Source: an uncultured Roseivirgaceae bacterium | GTDB lineage: Bacteria > Bacteroidota > Bacteroidia > Cytophagales > Cyclobacteriaceae | Direction: 5' to 3' | Length of the DNA: 38,033 nucleotides | Assembly: GCA_964507315.1 (NCBI GenBank) | Contig: CAZDQR010000001.1 | Location: 1 to 38,033 of the forward strand | Shown: positions 15,385-23,766 of the stretch, piece by piece | Layout of the letters: each line of letters begins with the position of its first letter | Position numbering within the stretch: the first letter of the stretch is position 1 | Translations under genes and position numbers: made by a program | The notes under the pieces: model-generated | What the model was told of the DNA's origin: nothing | What the model saw: only the letters and a program-made list of their open reading frames with translations | Databases searched by the model: none

Positions 15385-17309
15385 TAACTTAATACAGCCT
15401 TCTTCTTAACAACTAATTTTGTAGCAGTTTTCACAATTCCAGAGGTATCAAAACCACATTGTTTTTGAAGTTGCTCTTGGGTGCCATGCTCAATAATTGC
15501 ATCAGGGATTCCTAATCGTTTTACTTGCACAGCATAATCATTATCAGAATTAAACTCGATGATGGCACTGCCAAATCCTCCTACTATGGTGCCATCTTCA
15601 ACAGTTATTACCTTTTTAAATTTACTCATAATGGTATGTAGTAAATTAGTATCTAAAGGTTTTACAAATCGCATATTATAAACTGCAGCTGAAATATCTT
15701 GTTTTGTCAATTCTTTGGCTGCATCTAATGCAAAATTGCCAACATGCCCTACAGTTAAGATGGCAACATCATTCCCCTCAATAAGCTCTTCTCCTGTGCC
15801 AATGTTTATTGCTTTCATAGGAGTTCTCCATTCTGGCATAACCCCTTGCCCCCTTGGGTAACGAATGGTAAATGCAGTGGTCTTTCTTGGTTCTTGAGCC
15901 GTAAACATTAAATTTCTAAGCTCTTCTTCATTAATGGGAGCCGCAATTATCATATTGGGTACACTTCGCATGTAAGCAATATCATAGGCTCCATGATGGG
16001 TTGGGCCATCTGCACCAGCAAATCCAGCTCTATCTAAGCAAAAATTAACGGGCAGGTTTTGGATAGCCACATCGTGGATAACCTGATCGTAGGCACGCTG
16101 CATAAATGTGCTATAAATATTGCAAAATGGGATTAGCCCTTGTGTAGCAAGGCCAGCTGAAAATGTAACTGCATGTTGTTCTGCAATGCCCACGTCAAAA
16201 GCTCGTTCTGGCATTTCTTCCATCATAATATTTAGCGAACAACCAGACGGCATTGCAGGAGTTACCCCTACAATTTTTTCGTTGGCTTTTGCTAACTCAA
16301 CAATGGTGTGGCCAAAAACATCTTGGTATTTTGGTGGTTGAGGTTTATCTATTACTTTTTTATGAACGGCACCAGTTACTTTATCAAAAGAACCAGTGGC
16401 ATGCCATTTGGTTTGCTCTATCTCCGCAGGCTTAAATCCTTTCCCTTTTTTAGTAATGCAGTGTAATATTTTCGGGCCTTTAATATCTTTCATGTCATTT
16501 AGTACCGATACTAAATGATCTACATCGTGGCCATCTATTGGGCCAAAATATCGAAGGTTTAACGACTCAAATAAGTTGCTTTGCTTTAGCAGAAATGATT
16601 TTATGCTGTTCTCAAATTTTGAGGCAAGTTCTTGTGCATTGGGGCCGAGCTTATTTAATTTCCCTAAAATTTTCCAGGCCTCGTCTTTAATTTTATTATA
16701 AGTATGGCTAGTGGTTATGTCTGTTAAATAGTCTTTTAAAGCACCCACATTTGGGTCAATCGACATATTATTATCATTTAAGATAATTAATATGTTGGCA
16801 TTTGCCACTCCTGCGTGGTTCATGGCTTCAAAGGCAAGGCCTCCCGTCATCGCTCCATCGCCAATAACAGCAATATGTTGGCGGTCTGTTTCATCCTTTA
16901 TGGCAGAAGCAACGGCCATGCCCAATGTGGCTGATATAGAAGTAGAAGAATGACCTACACCAAAAGCATCATATTTGCTTTCATCTCGTTTCGGAAAACC
17001 TGAAATTCCTTTATAAACTCTGTTAGTATGAAACTGATCTCTGCGACCAGTAATAAGTTTATGTCCATAAGCTTGATGGCCAACATCCCAGATTAATTGG
17101 TCGTCTGGGGTGTTAAAAACATAATGCAAAGCTACTGTTAGCTCTACTACACCTAGGCTTGAGGCAAAATGACCTCCATAAACAGATACGCTGTCTATAA
17201 TATAATCTCGAAGTTCTTTAGAAAATTGAGTAAGTGTAGATCTGTCTAATTTTCGTAACTCTTCCGGAGAATTAACATTTTCCAGTAGGCTACCAGCTTG
17301 GATTTTCAT
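15384..17309 (-). CDS. dxs: 1-deoxy-D-xylulose-5-phosphate synthase
   Basis: 641 aa. GGHFASSLGVVELTVALH, WDVGHQAYGHK, TPP-binding GDGAMTGGLAFEAMNHAG...NDN, DRAGFAGADGPTHHG. Confidence 0.97.
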   Translation of the reverse strand: MKIQAGSLLENVNSPEELRKLDRSTLTQFSKELRDYIIDSVSVYGGHFASSLGVVELTVALHYVFNTPDDQLIWDVGHQAYGHKLITGRRDQFHTNRVYKGISGFPKRDESKYDAFGVGHSSTSISATLGMAVASAIKDETDRQHIAVIGDGAMTGGLAFEAMNHAGVANANILIILNDNNMSIDPNVGALKDYLTDITTSHTYNKIKDEAWKILGKLNKLGPNAQELASKFENSIKSFLLKQSNLFESLNLRYFGPIDGHDVDHLVSVLNDMKDIKGPKILHCITKKGKGFKPAEIEQTKWHATGSFDKVTGAVHKKVIDKPQPPKYQDVFGHTIVELAKANEKIVGVTPAMPSGCSLNIMMEEMPERAFDVGIAEQHAVTFSAGLATQGLIPFCNIYSTFMQRAYDQVIHDVAIQNLPVNFCLDRAGFAGADGPTHHGAYDIAYMRSVPNMIIAAPINEEELRNLMFTAQEPRKTTAFTIRYPRGQGVMPEWRTPMKAINIGTGEELIEGNDVAILTVGHVGNFALDAAKELTKQDISAAVYNMRFVKPLDTNLLHTIMSKFKKVITVEDGTIVGGFGSAIIEFNSDNDYAVQVKRLGIPDAIIEHGTQEQLQKQCGFDTSGIVKTATKLVVKKKAVLS

Positions 17310-17365
17310 AGCTAAACGTAATTAAAGTAATTTGCAGCTAAATACAATAGTATTAGTTGCAAAGG

Positions 17366-17373
17366 CAAAGATA
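17366..17373 (-). promoter_or_regulatory. -7 promoter box TATCTTTG for dxs
   Basis: The minus strand reads cgTATCTTTGcc. Located about 57 nt upstream of the dxs ATG (17309). Confidence 0.35.
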
Positions 17374-17475
17374 CGTTATTTTATATGTTAGGTTTTTACT
17401 GATGTTTATCTAATTTTTAAGTGTGCCTTTACACTTTAGTTGATCTTGGTATTGAATTAAATTAATAAATACCAA

Positions 17476-17483
17476 TATATTTG
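17476..17483 (+). promoter_or_regulatory. -7 promoter box TATATTTG for scpA
   Basis: TATATTTG lies 28 nt upstream of the TTG start at 17511. A TTG (17452-17454) sits 21 nt upstream, as a possible -33 element. Confidence 0.4.
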
Positions 17484-17510
17484 AAAACAGATTAAGCAAA
17501 TACATAACTG

Positions 17511-18272
17511 TTGAACTACGAAATTAAACTTCCACTATTTGAAGGGCCATTTGACCTGTTACTCTTTTTTATAGAAAGAGACGAATTGGATATTTACGAT
17601 ATCCCAATTTCAAAAATCACTAAAGATTTTTTGGACTACCTAGAGGATCTAGAAAAGCTGAATTTGGAAGTAGCTAGTGAGTTTATTTTAGTGGCGGCAA
17701 CTTTAATGAGGATAAAGGCTAAATTACTATTACCTAGAGAAAAGTTGGATGAACTTGGCAATGAAATTGATCCAAGAGAAGAATTGGTTAGACATTTATT
17801 AGAGTATAAAAAATACAAATCGGTAATTGGGGAGCTAGCCTCTTTAGAAGAACAACGAGCTCTTAAAGAAAAAAGAGGGAATGTTTTAAAAGAAGTTAAG
17901 AAATTGGCTGAAAGCACCGATGTAGAATCGGAACTGCAAGATGTGGATCTTTATAAACTATTAAAAGTGTACGAAAAGGTGCTTGTGAGGTTTGATGAAG
18001 AAAAGAAGAGGCCGGTTCACACCATTGTGCCTTACCCATATACTATTGCAGATAAAAAAAAGGAACTCTTAAGCAAGCTAGTAGATCAGTCCAAAATATC
18101 TTTTATTGAAATAATTTCCTCAGGAATAAATGATAGAGTATTGGTAATTTTTAATTTCTTGGCAATTTTAGAGTTGCTGCAAATGCAAATGATTAGCATT
18201 ACCTTAGGTGAAGGCTATAATAACTTTTGGATAAAGAAATATGAAAGTAGCAAAGATAAGAAGTTGTCATAA
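17511..18272 (+). CDS. scpA: Segregation and condensation protein A (kleisin)
   Basis: 253 aa with a TTG start. N-terminal LPLFEGPFDLLLFFIERDELDIYDIPISKIT is the ScpA signature. Confidence 0.88.
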   Translation: MNYEIKLPLFEGPFDLLLFFIERDELDIYDIPISKITKDFLDYLEDLEKLNLEVASEFILVAATLMRIKAKLLLPREKLDELGNEIDPREELVRHLLEYKKYKSVIGELASLEEQRALKEKRGNVLKEVKKLAESTDVESELQDVDLYKLLKVYEKVLVRFDEEKKRPVHTIVPYPYTIADKKKELLSKLVDQSKISFIEIISSGINDRVLVIFNFLAILELLQMQMISITLGEGYNNFWIKKYESSKDKKLS

Positions 18273-18324
18273 ATGTAAAAATCACTAATTACTGAGTTAC
18301 GTCTACTAAAACATTTAGTAGCTC

Positions 18325-18376
18325 AACACAAAAAAACGTCACCCCAACTTTAGTTGGGGTGACGTTTTTTTGTGTT
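18325..18376. terminator. Bidirectional terminator, perfect 24-bp-arm palindrome between convergent scpA and ndk
   Basis: AACACAAAAAAACGTCACCCCAAC-ttta-GTTGGGGTGACGTTTTTTTGTGTT. GC-rich core flanked by A7/T7 tracts. Confidence 0.85.
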
Positions 18377-18388
18377 ATGTATTTGCTC

Positions 18389-18808
18389 TTAAAACTTTTC
18401 AGTTCCAGCAAAAAAGAAGCTTCCTTCAATGCCTGCATTTTCATCAGAATCAGATCCGTGAATAGCATTCGCTTCTATTGATTTCGCAAAAAGGTTACGA
18501 ATTGTGCCTTCTGCTGCATCTTGTGGATTAGTTGCTCCAATTAAAGTTCTAAAATCTTCCACTGCATTTTCTTTTTCAAGAATCATAGGTACAATTGTGC
18601 CAGATGACATGTAAGAACATAAATCGTTGTAAAATGGACGTTCTTTATGTACTTCGTAAAATTCGCCAGCTCTTTCAGCACTAAGCTTAGTAAGCTTCAT
18701 AGCCTTAATTGTAAATCCAGCTTCTTGAATCATTTTTGTGATTGCTCCAATGTTACCTGCTTCAACTGCATCAGGCTTTATCATTGTAAATGTTTTGTTC
18801 GTTGCCAT
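18389..18808 (-). CDS. ndk: Nucleoside diphosphate kinase
   Basis: 139 aa. FTMIKPDAV, active-site NAIHGSDS, typical length. Confidence 0.97.
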   Translation of the reverse strand: MATNKTFTMIKPDAVEAGNIGAITKMIQEAGFTIKAMKLTKLSAERAGEFYEVHKERPFYNDLCSYMSSGTIVPMILEKENAVEDFRTLIGATNPQDAAEGTIRNLFAKSIEANAIHGSDSDENAGIEGSFFFAGTEKF

Positions 18809-18831
18809 TATAATAATGTTAATTTTTGCCG

Positions 18832-18839
18832 CAAAAATA
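18832..18839 (-). promoter_or_regulatory. -7 promoter box TATTTTTG for ndk
   Basis: The minus strand reads gcTATTTTTGcggc, 24 nt upstream of the ndk ATG. Embedded in a small palindrome TTTTTGC-c-GCAAAAA. Confidence 0.4.
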
Positions 18840-19050
18840 GCAGAATTAATTATGATTTCGACTACAATCTTTAAAGTAACATCCTTTACTCACCTAAGTA
18901 CTTTGCCGATTTATTTTCAATTCATTTCAATTTACCAACTTGAAGTATAATTATTGGTATAATAAGCCCAATAATAGCCTTTGCATTTAGTTTAATTCAT
19001 GTGACCTTTGCAGGCTTACAAATTAGAGGAAGTAATCTCTATCTGAATTT

Positions 19051-20061
19051 ATGCAGGAGACAAAACAGTTTGAACTATTACTTAGCAGTCCTAAAAAAAT
19101 TGTGCTAACTATTCACTTAAATCCAGATGCTGATGCATTAGGTTCTGCGCTTGGGTTTTCTTCGGTTCTTAAAAAGAAAGGGCATACTGTAACAGTCGTT
19201 TCTCCCAATACATTTCCCGATTTTTTAAAGTGGATGCAAGGCAATAAAGAGGTTTTAGTATTTGATAAAAAACCCGAAGCTTGTAAAAATGTTATTGCAG
19301 AGGCCGATTTAGTTTTCAGTTTAGATTACTCTGCATTAAAAAGAGTAGGTAAAGTTGGAGATGAAATCGCTAAATCTGGAGCCAAAAAAATAATAATAGA
19401 TCATCATAGAGAGCCAGAGGATTATGCTGACTTAATGAAATGGAGTACCGAAGCAGGCGCAACCTGCGAGCTAATATTCGATTTATTAAAAGAGCTTAAT
19501 TGGCTAGATGTATTAGATAAAGATGCTGGAGAGTGCTTGTATGCAGGTATTATGACAGATACTGGCGGCTTTAGGCATCCCAATACTACACAGCATATAC
19601 ATGAAATTATAGCCCAACTACTTGGCTTAGGTGTAAATGGCGCAATGGTTTCTAAACTGGTGTATGACACCAATACAGTAGATAGAATTAAGCTACTTGG
19701 CTTTACTCTTAGCCAAAGATTAAATATTAATACAGCCTTTAATGTTGCCTATATTTATTTGTCGGCAGAAGATTTAAAAAAATATAACGCGCAAAAAGGA
19801 GACACCGAAGGCTTGGTGAATTATGCGCTTTCTATTAAAGGCATAAGAATGGCTGCACTCTTTAAAGAAAGCGATGGTATGGTTAAAATGTCGTTTCGTT
19901 CTGTAGGATCATTTTCTGTAAACGATTTTGCTAGAACTAATTTTGAGGGTGGAGGCCACACAAATGCAGCTGGAGGCGTATCTAAAACAATGAGCTTAGA
20001 ACAAGTGATTGAGAAATTTGAAAAATTATTACCAACATATAAATCAGAATTAACAAATTAG
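19051..20061 (+). CDS. nrnA: DHH/DHHA1 phosphoesterase, NrnA-like oligoribonuclease/pAp phosphatase
   Basis: 336 aa. DHH motifs HLNPDADALGS, DYS, IIDHHRE. DHHA1 motif GGGHTNAAG. Confidence 0.85.
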   Translation: MQETKQFELLLSSPKKIVLTIHLNPDADALGSALGFSSVLKKKGHTVTVVSPNTFPDFLKWMQGNKEVLVFDKKPEACKNVIAEADLVFSLDYSALKRVGKVGDEIAKSGAKKIIIDHHREPEDYADLMKWSTEAGATCELIFDLLKELNWLDVLDKDAGECLYAGIMTDTGGFRHPNTTQHIHEIIAQLLGLGVNGAMVSKLVYDTNTVDRIKLLGFTLSQRLNINTAFNVAYIYLSAEDLKKYNAQKGDTEGLVNYALSIKGIRMAALFKESDGMVKMSFRSVGSFSVNDFARTNFEGGGHTNAAGGVSKTMSLEQVIEKFEKLLPTYKSELTN

Positions 20062-20063
20062 TT

Positions 20064-20999
20064 ATGAATAAATTAAAACAATATAGTTTTATTATAGGCT
20101 TAATGGCTGTTGTACTAACCGCTTGTGGGCAAAAAGAATATATTACCACCGAAAGTGGCCTTGAATATTTAATGGTGACAGAAGGATCAGGTGAACGCCC
20201 TAATGATGGCGATTTTTTAATGTTAAACGTTGCTTACAGTGATGCCAATGATAATGTAATGTTTTCTAGTGCAGATAGAGGAGGCGCATTGCCACTTAAC
20301 TATATCGATTCTGTTTTTAAAAATAACGGAAGCTTAGAAGAAGCATTTAAATTATTAGGTAGAGGAGATAGTATTATTTTAAAAGTTCCTGCTCAAAAAA
20401 TATTTTCCGAATCATTCAGACAGCCTTTACCAGATACTATTCCGGCAGAAAGCATAATTACGGTTAATATGGGTGTTCAAAATATTTTTACTGTCGATGA
20501 ATTTCAGGCTTATCGAGCAGAACAAGGCGAAAAAGCAAGAGCAAAAGCGACAGAAGCTGCTTCAGAACAGGTAGCAAAAGATGCTAAAATTATAGAGGAC
20601 TATTTATTAGAGAACGGAATTGAAGCTGAGTCTACACCAGAAGGGTTGTACTATGTAATTACCAAAGAAGGAAGTGGAGAATTGCCTAAAATTGGCGATA
20701 AGGTTTATGTAGATTATACAGGTACATTACTTGATGGCACGTTGTTTGATTCTAGTGTTGAAGCAGATGCAAAAGCAGGTGGCGCGTATAACGCTGCAAG
20801 AAACTACGAACCTTACGGTTTTCCATTGGGTAGAGGCCAAGTAATTAAAGGATGGGATATTGGCATTGCTCTTTTAAATAAAGGCGCAAAAGCTACCTTA
20901 TATATCCCATCAGCGTTGGCCTATGGTGCAAGAGGTTCAGGAGCAGTGATTGTTCCTAATTCTGTGTTAAAGTTTGATGTAGAATTAGTTAATTTTTAA
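20064..20999 (+). CDS. FKBP-type peptidyl-prolyl cis-trans isomerase lipoprotein (two FKBP-like modules)
   Basis: 311 aa. Lipobox LTAC. Degenerate N-terminal FKBP-like module plus canonical C-terminal module (VYVDYTGTLLDGTLFDSS, GQVIKGWDIG, YIPSALAYGARG). Confidence 0.9.
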   Translation: MNKLKQYSFIIGLMAVVLTACGQKEYITTESGLEYLMVTEGSGERPNDGDFLMLNVAYSDANDNVMFSSADRGGALPLNYIDSVFKNNGSLEEAFKLLGRGDSIILKVPAQKIFSESFRQPLPDTIPAESIITVNMGVQNIFTVDEFQAYRAEQGEKARAKATEAASEQVAKDAKIIEDYLLENGIEAESTPEGLYYVITKEGSGELPKIGDKVYVDYTGTLLDGTLFDSSVEADAKAGGAYNAARNYEPYGFPLGRGQVIKGWDIGIALLNKGAKATLYIPSALAYGARGSGAVIVPNSVLKFDVELVNF

Positions 21000-21002
21000 A
21001 TT

Positions 21003-21479
21003 ATGAAAAATATATTTTTAGTAGGAGTAATTTCTATATTCAGTTTTGCTTGTAGTAATAACGATGCTACATTTTTATCTTACGAAGAACAATTAAAAGT
21101 TGATACCGACATAATTGATTCTTATTTAGTAGAAAATGGACTAACTGCAGAAACTACCGTAGATGGGTTGCGTTACGAAATTACTAAAACAGGAAATGGG
21201 TTATTTCCTAAAACAGGAAATTACGTAGTAGTAAATTATATAGGAAAGTCGTTGAATGGCAATGTGTTTGACTCAAATAATTCTGGAGGATTTAGTTTTG
21301 CCTTAGGAACAAGGCAAGTAATATCTGGTTGGGACTTAGGTATCGCCCTTTTGAGTGAAGGAGGAAAAGCCACTTTGTACTTACCTTCTGGTTTGGCTTA
21401 TGGTAACCGTGGTTCAGGGCGTTCTATTGCTCCTAATGAAGTGTTAATTTTTGATGTGGAGCTAGTAGAGATTAAGTAA
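21003..21479 (+). CDS. FKBP-type peptidyl-prolyl cis-trans isomerase lipoprotein
   Basis: 158 aa. Lipobox FACS. VVVNYIGKSLNGNVFDS, VISGWDLGIALL, YLPSGLAYGNRG. Confidence 0.9.
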   Translation: MKNIFLVGVISIFSFACSNNDATFLSYEEQLKVDTDIIDSYLVENGLTAETTVDGLRYEITKTGNGLFPKTGNYVVVNYIGKSLNGNVFDSNNSGGFSFALGTRQVISGWDLGIALLSEGGKATLYLPSGLAYGNRGSGRSIAPNEVLIFDVELVEIK

Positions 21480-21481
21480 AT

Positions 21482-21997
21482 ATGAGAAATTCTATTTTAT
21501 ATTTTGGGGCACTGTTTATGCTAATTGTTGCTTGCAAGGAAGAGCCAGGTCCAGCAGCACTTCCTTTTAATGAGCAACTTGCTATTGATTTGGAAATTAT
21601 AGATAATTATTTAATTGAAAATAACATCCAAAATATTCTTAAAGATTGCAGGACAGTTGAAGGTGATGAAGTTCCATGCACAGGTGATATTAGCTATGTG
21701 TTACTTGAAGAAGGAAGTGGGCTAATCCCGCCCAATTTTTCTACAAAAATTACAGTATCTTATGTTGGTAGATTTCTAGATACGGGTGAACAGTTTGATG
21801 CTAAAGATACTGTAGAGTTTACACTTGGTGGGCTAATTGCTGGATGGCAAATCTTATTATTAGATATGCAGGAAGGCGATTCTGTTACTATGTATATACC
21901 ATCAGGGTATGGGTATGGGTATAAGGAAAAAACAACCAATGGCATTCCATCAAATGCCAACCTTATTTTTGATATGAAACTTCATAAAGTAAATTAG
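21482..21997 (+). CDS. FKBP-type peptidyl-prolyl cis-trans isomerase lipoprotein (divergent, GldI-like size)
   Basis: 171 aa. Lipobox IVAC. VSYVGRFLDTGEQFD, LIAGWQILLLDM, YIPSGYGYGYK. Confidence 0.8.
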   Translation: MRNSILYFGALFMLIVACKEEPGPAALPFNEQLAIDLEIIDNYLIENNIQNILKDCRTVEGDEVPCTGDISYVLLEEGSGLIPPNFSTKITVSYVGRFLDTGEQFDAKDTVEFTLGGLIAGWQILLLDMQEGDSVTMYIPSGYGYGYKEKTTNGIPSNANLIFDMKLHKVN

Positions 21998-22001
21998 CCC
22001 A

Positions 22002-22580
22002 ATGCAATTATGCTTTGCCACCAATAACAGTAATAAGCTAAAGGAGCTCCAACAGTTGGTTGGTAACAGTATTCATCTTAAAAGCTTAAAAGAAATTGGT
22101 TCTTTTGATGATATTCCAGAAACAGGAACTACACTAAGAGCAAATTCTCTAGAAAAAGCAACATTTATAAAAAGTAAATTTAATATTAACTGCTTTGCCG
22201 ATGATACTGGTTTAGAAGTAGATTCACTAAATGGTGAACCAGGGGTTTATAGTGCGAGATATGCAGGTGAGCCTGCAAACTCTATAAATAATATGGAACT
22301 GCTTTTAAAAAATCTTGGAGATAATACCAATAGAACGGCTCGTTTTAGAACAGTAATAACCTTATTAATAGATAATGATGCTCCAATCTATTTTGAAGGA
22401 TCAGCAGAAGGAGAAATTACTTTGACCCAAAGTGGTAAAGCTGGATTTGGTTACGACCCAATATTTATTCCTAAAGGGTTTAGTCGTACTTTTGCAGAGA
22501 TGACTGCTGAAGAGAAAAATGGTATTAGTCACAGAGCTAAAGCAGTAGGTAAATTAGTAAATTATTTAAACACCCTTTAA
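22002..22580 (+). CDS. rdgB: Non-canonical purine NTP pyrophosphatase (RdgB/HAM1 family)
   Basis: 192 aa. ATNNSNKLKEL, DDTGLEVDSLNGEPGVYSARYAG, FGYDPIF, SHRAKA. Confidence 0.93.
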   Translation: MQLCFATNNSNKLKELQQLVGNSIHLKSLKEIGSFDDIPETGTTLRANSLEKATFIKSKFNINCFADDTGLEVDSLNGEPGVYSARYAGEPANSINNMELLLKNLGDNTNRTARFRTVITLLIDNDAPIYFEGSAEGEITLTQSGKAGFGYDPIFIPKGFSRTFAEMTAEEKNGISHRAKAVGKLVNYLNTL

Positions 22581-22590
22581 GCATCTCATT

Positions 22591-23211
22591 TTGAGTAAAA
22601 AACCTTTTATTATTGGTATTACAGGTGGTAGTGGATCAGGCAAAACACGATTTTTAAATGGCCTACTTAGTAAATTCTCAGAAAACGAAGTTTGCTTAAT
22701 TTCACAAGATAATTATTATAAGCCACGAGAAGAGCAGCCGGTTGATATTAAAGGGGTGAAAAACTTTGATCTTCCGGAGTCCATCGATTTTGATTCATAT
22801 AAGAGAGATATCGAATCCATAAAAAATGGAAAGTCAATAACTATTAAAGAGTACACCTTTAATAATCCTGATGCAGAACCAAAATTAATTACATTAAACC
22901 CGGCTCCAGTAATTGTAGTTGAGGGTATTTTTGTACTTTATTATCAGCCAATTGCTCAAATCCTGGATATGAAATTGTACATCGATGCATAGGATTATAT
23001 TAAACTAATTCGAAGAATTATTAGAGATGATAAAGAAAGAGGGTATGATTTAGATGATGTGTTGTACAGGTATGAGCACCACGTAATGCCAACTTATGAA
23101 AAGCATATTAAGCCTTATAAGTCGGAAGCGGATATTATAATACCCAACCATAAAAAGTACGATAGCGCATTAGATGTAATTGTTACTTATGTGCGATCTA
23201 AATTAAGCTAA
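22591..23211 (+). pseudogene. udk: Uridine kinase interrupted by one in-frame TAG (22990-22992)
   Basis: TTG start with P-loop GITGGSGSGKT. The ORF stops at ...MKLYIDA-TAG. The same frame continues for 72 sense codons (DYIKLIRRIIRDDKERGYDLDDVLYRYEHHVMPTYEKHIKPYKSEADIIIPNHKK...) to TAA 23209-23211, a normal udk length of about 206 codons. Confidence 0.85.
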
Positions 23212-23265
23212 TAATTAAGAGTAGATGTTATTACTAAATAGTTTGTTGGTAATGAATGGATTAGA

Positions 23266-23273
23266 TAAGTTTG
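23266..23273 (+). promoter_or_regulatory. -7 promoter box TAAGTTTG for the 118-aa gene / secDF
   Basis: TAAGTTTG lies 14 nt before ATG 23287. TTTG at 23242-23245 sits 20 nt upstream as a -33 candidate. No TAnnTTTG is found directly in front of secDF. Confidence 0.45.
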
Positions 23274-23286
23274 CGGCTCTATAAAA

Positions 23287-23643
23287 ATGAAGAATAAAAA
23301 CACCTATAAACAGCCTTTTTTTTTACTACTTCTGATATTGCTTGGCATGTCGGTATTAGTATTTCAAACGGGTCATGAGTATGTGCAAAGCACAATTAGC
23401 GCGAATGTAGGAATAGAGGGTTCTTCAAATGCAGAAAACAACGATGCGCAAGAAATAGCAGTTGCCACGCAAGATGTCTTTCTTTCGGTTTCAACTATTA
23501 ATGTAGATCAATCTTATCATCAAATTAAAGAAATTGTATTTGGCGATAATAAGAAGCAAAAGCATACACATGTTATTTCAAAATATGTGTCATCGTTTTT
23601 TAAAACCCTGTTTCAGCAGGTTATTTCTCCCAATGCACCCTAG
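23287..23643 (+). CDS. Hypothetical single-pass membrane protein
   Basis: 118 aa. N-terminal TM/signal anchor PFFLLLLILLGMSVLVF. Has its own promoter-like boxes. No recognisable family. Confidence 0.55.
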   Translation: MKNKNTYKQPFFLLLLILLGMSVLVFQTGHEYVQSTISANVGIEGSSNAENNDAQEIAVATQDVFLSVSTINVDQSYHQIKEIVFGDNKKQKHTHVISKYVSSFFKTLFQQVISPNAP

Positions 23644-23766
23644 CTGCATTTATTCCTAAGTCTGTAGGGATATTAATAAAACACATTCACACGTTCTAAT
23701 GGCTAATTACCAGTGCATAAGAACATCTATAATAAAAATTTAATACTAATCTAATTTTATAAAATC

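Noticed and set aside
18647-18950. ORFs 18647-18874 and 18738-18950 on the plus strand.
   Set aside because: They are antisense to ndk and its promoter region, with repetitive Cys/Phe/Ile-rich translations.
18915-18975. Tandem 10-mers TTTCAATTCA/TTTCAATTTA (18915-18934) and the inverted repeat ATTATTGG-N10-CCAATAAT (18950-18975) in the ndk-nrnA spacer.
   Set aside because: These are short AT-rich motifs in AT-rich intergenic DNA, so chance occurrence is plausible. They show no clear relation to a promoter box.
22990-22992. The TAG in udk as pyrrolysine, a reassigned codon or programmed read-through.
   Set aside because: TAG terminates atpG in the same window. No pyl genes or recoding signals are visible, and Pyl is not expected in Bacteroidota. 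A nonsense mutation or sequencing error is far more likely.
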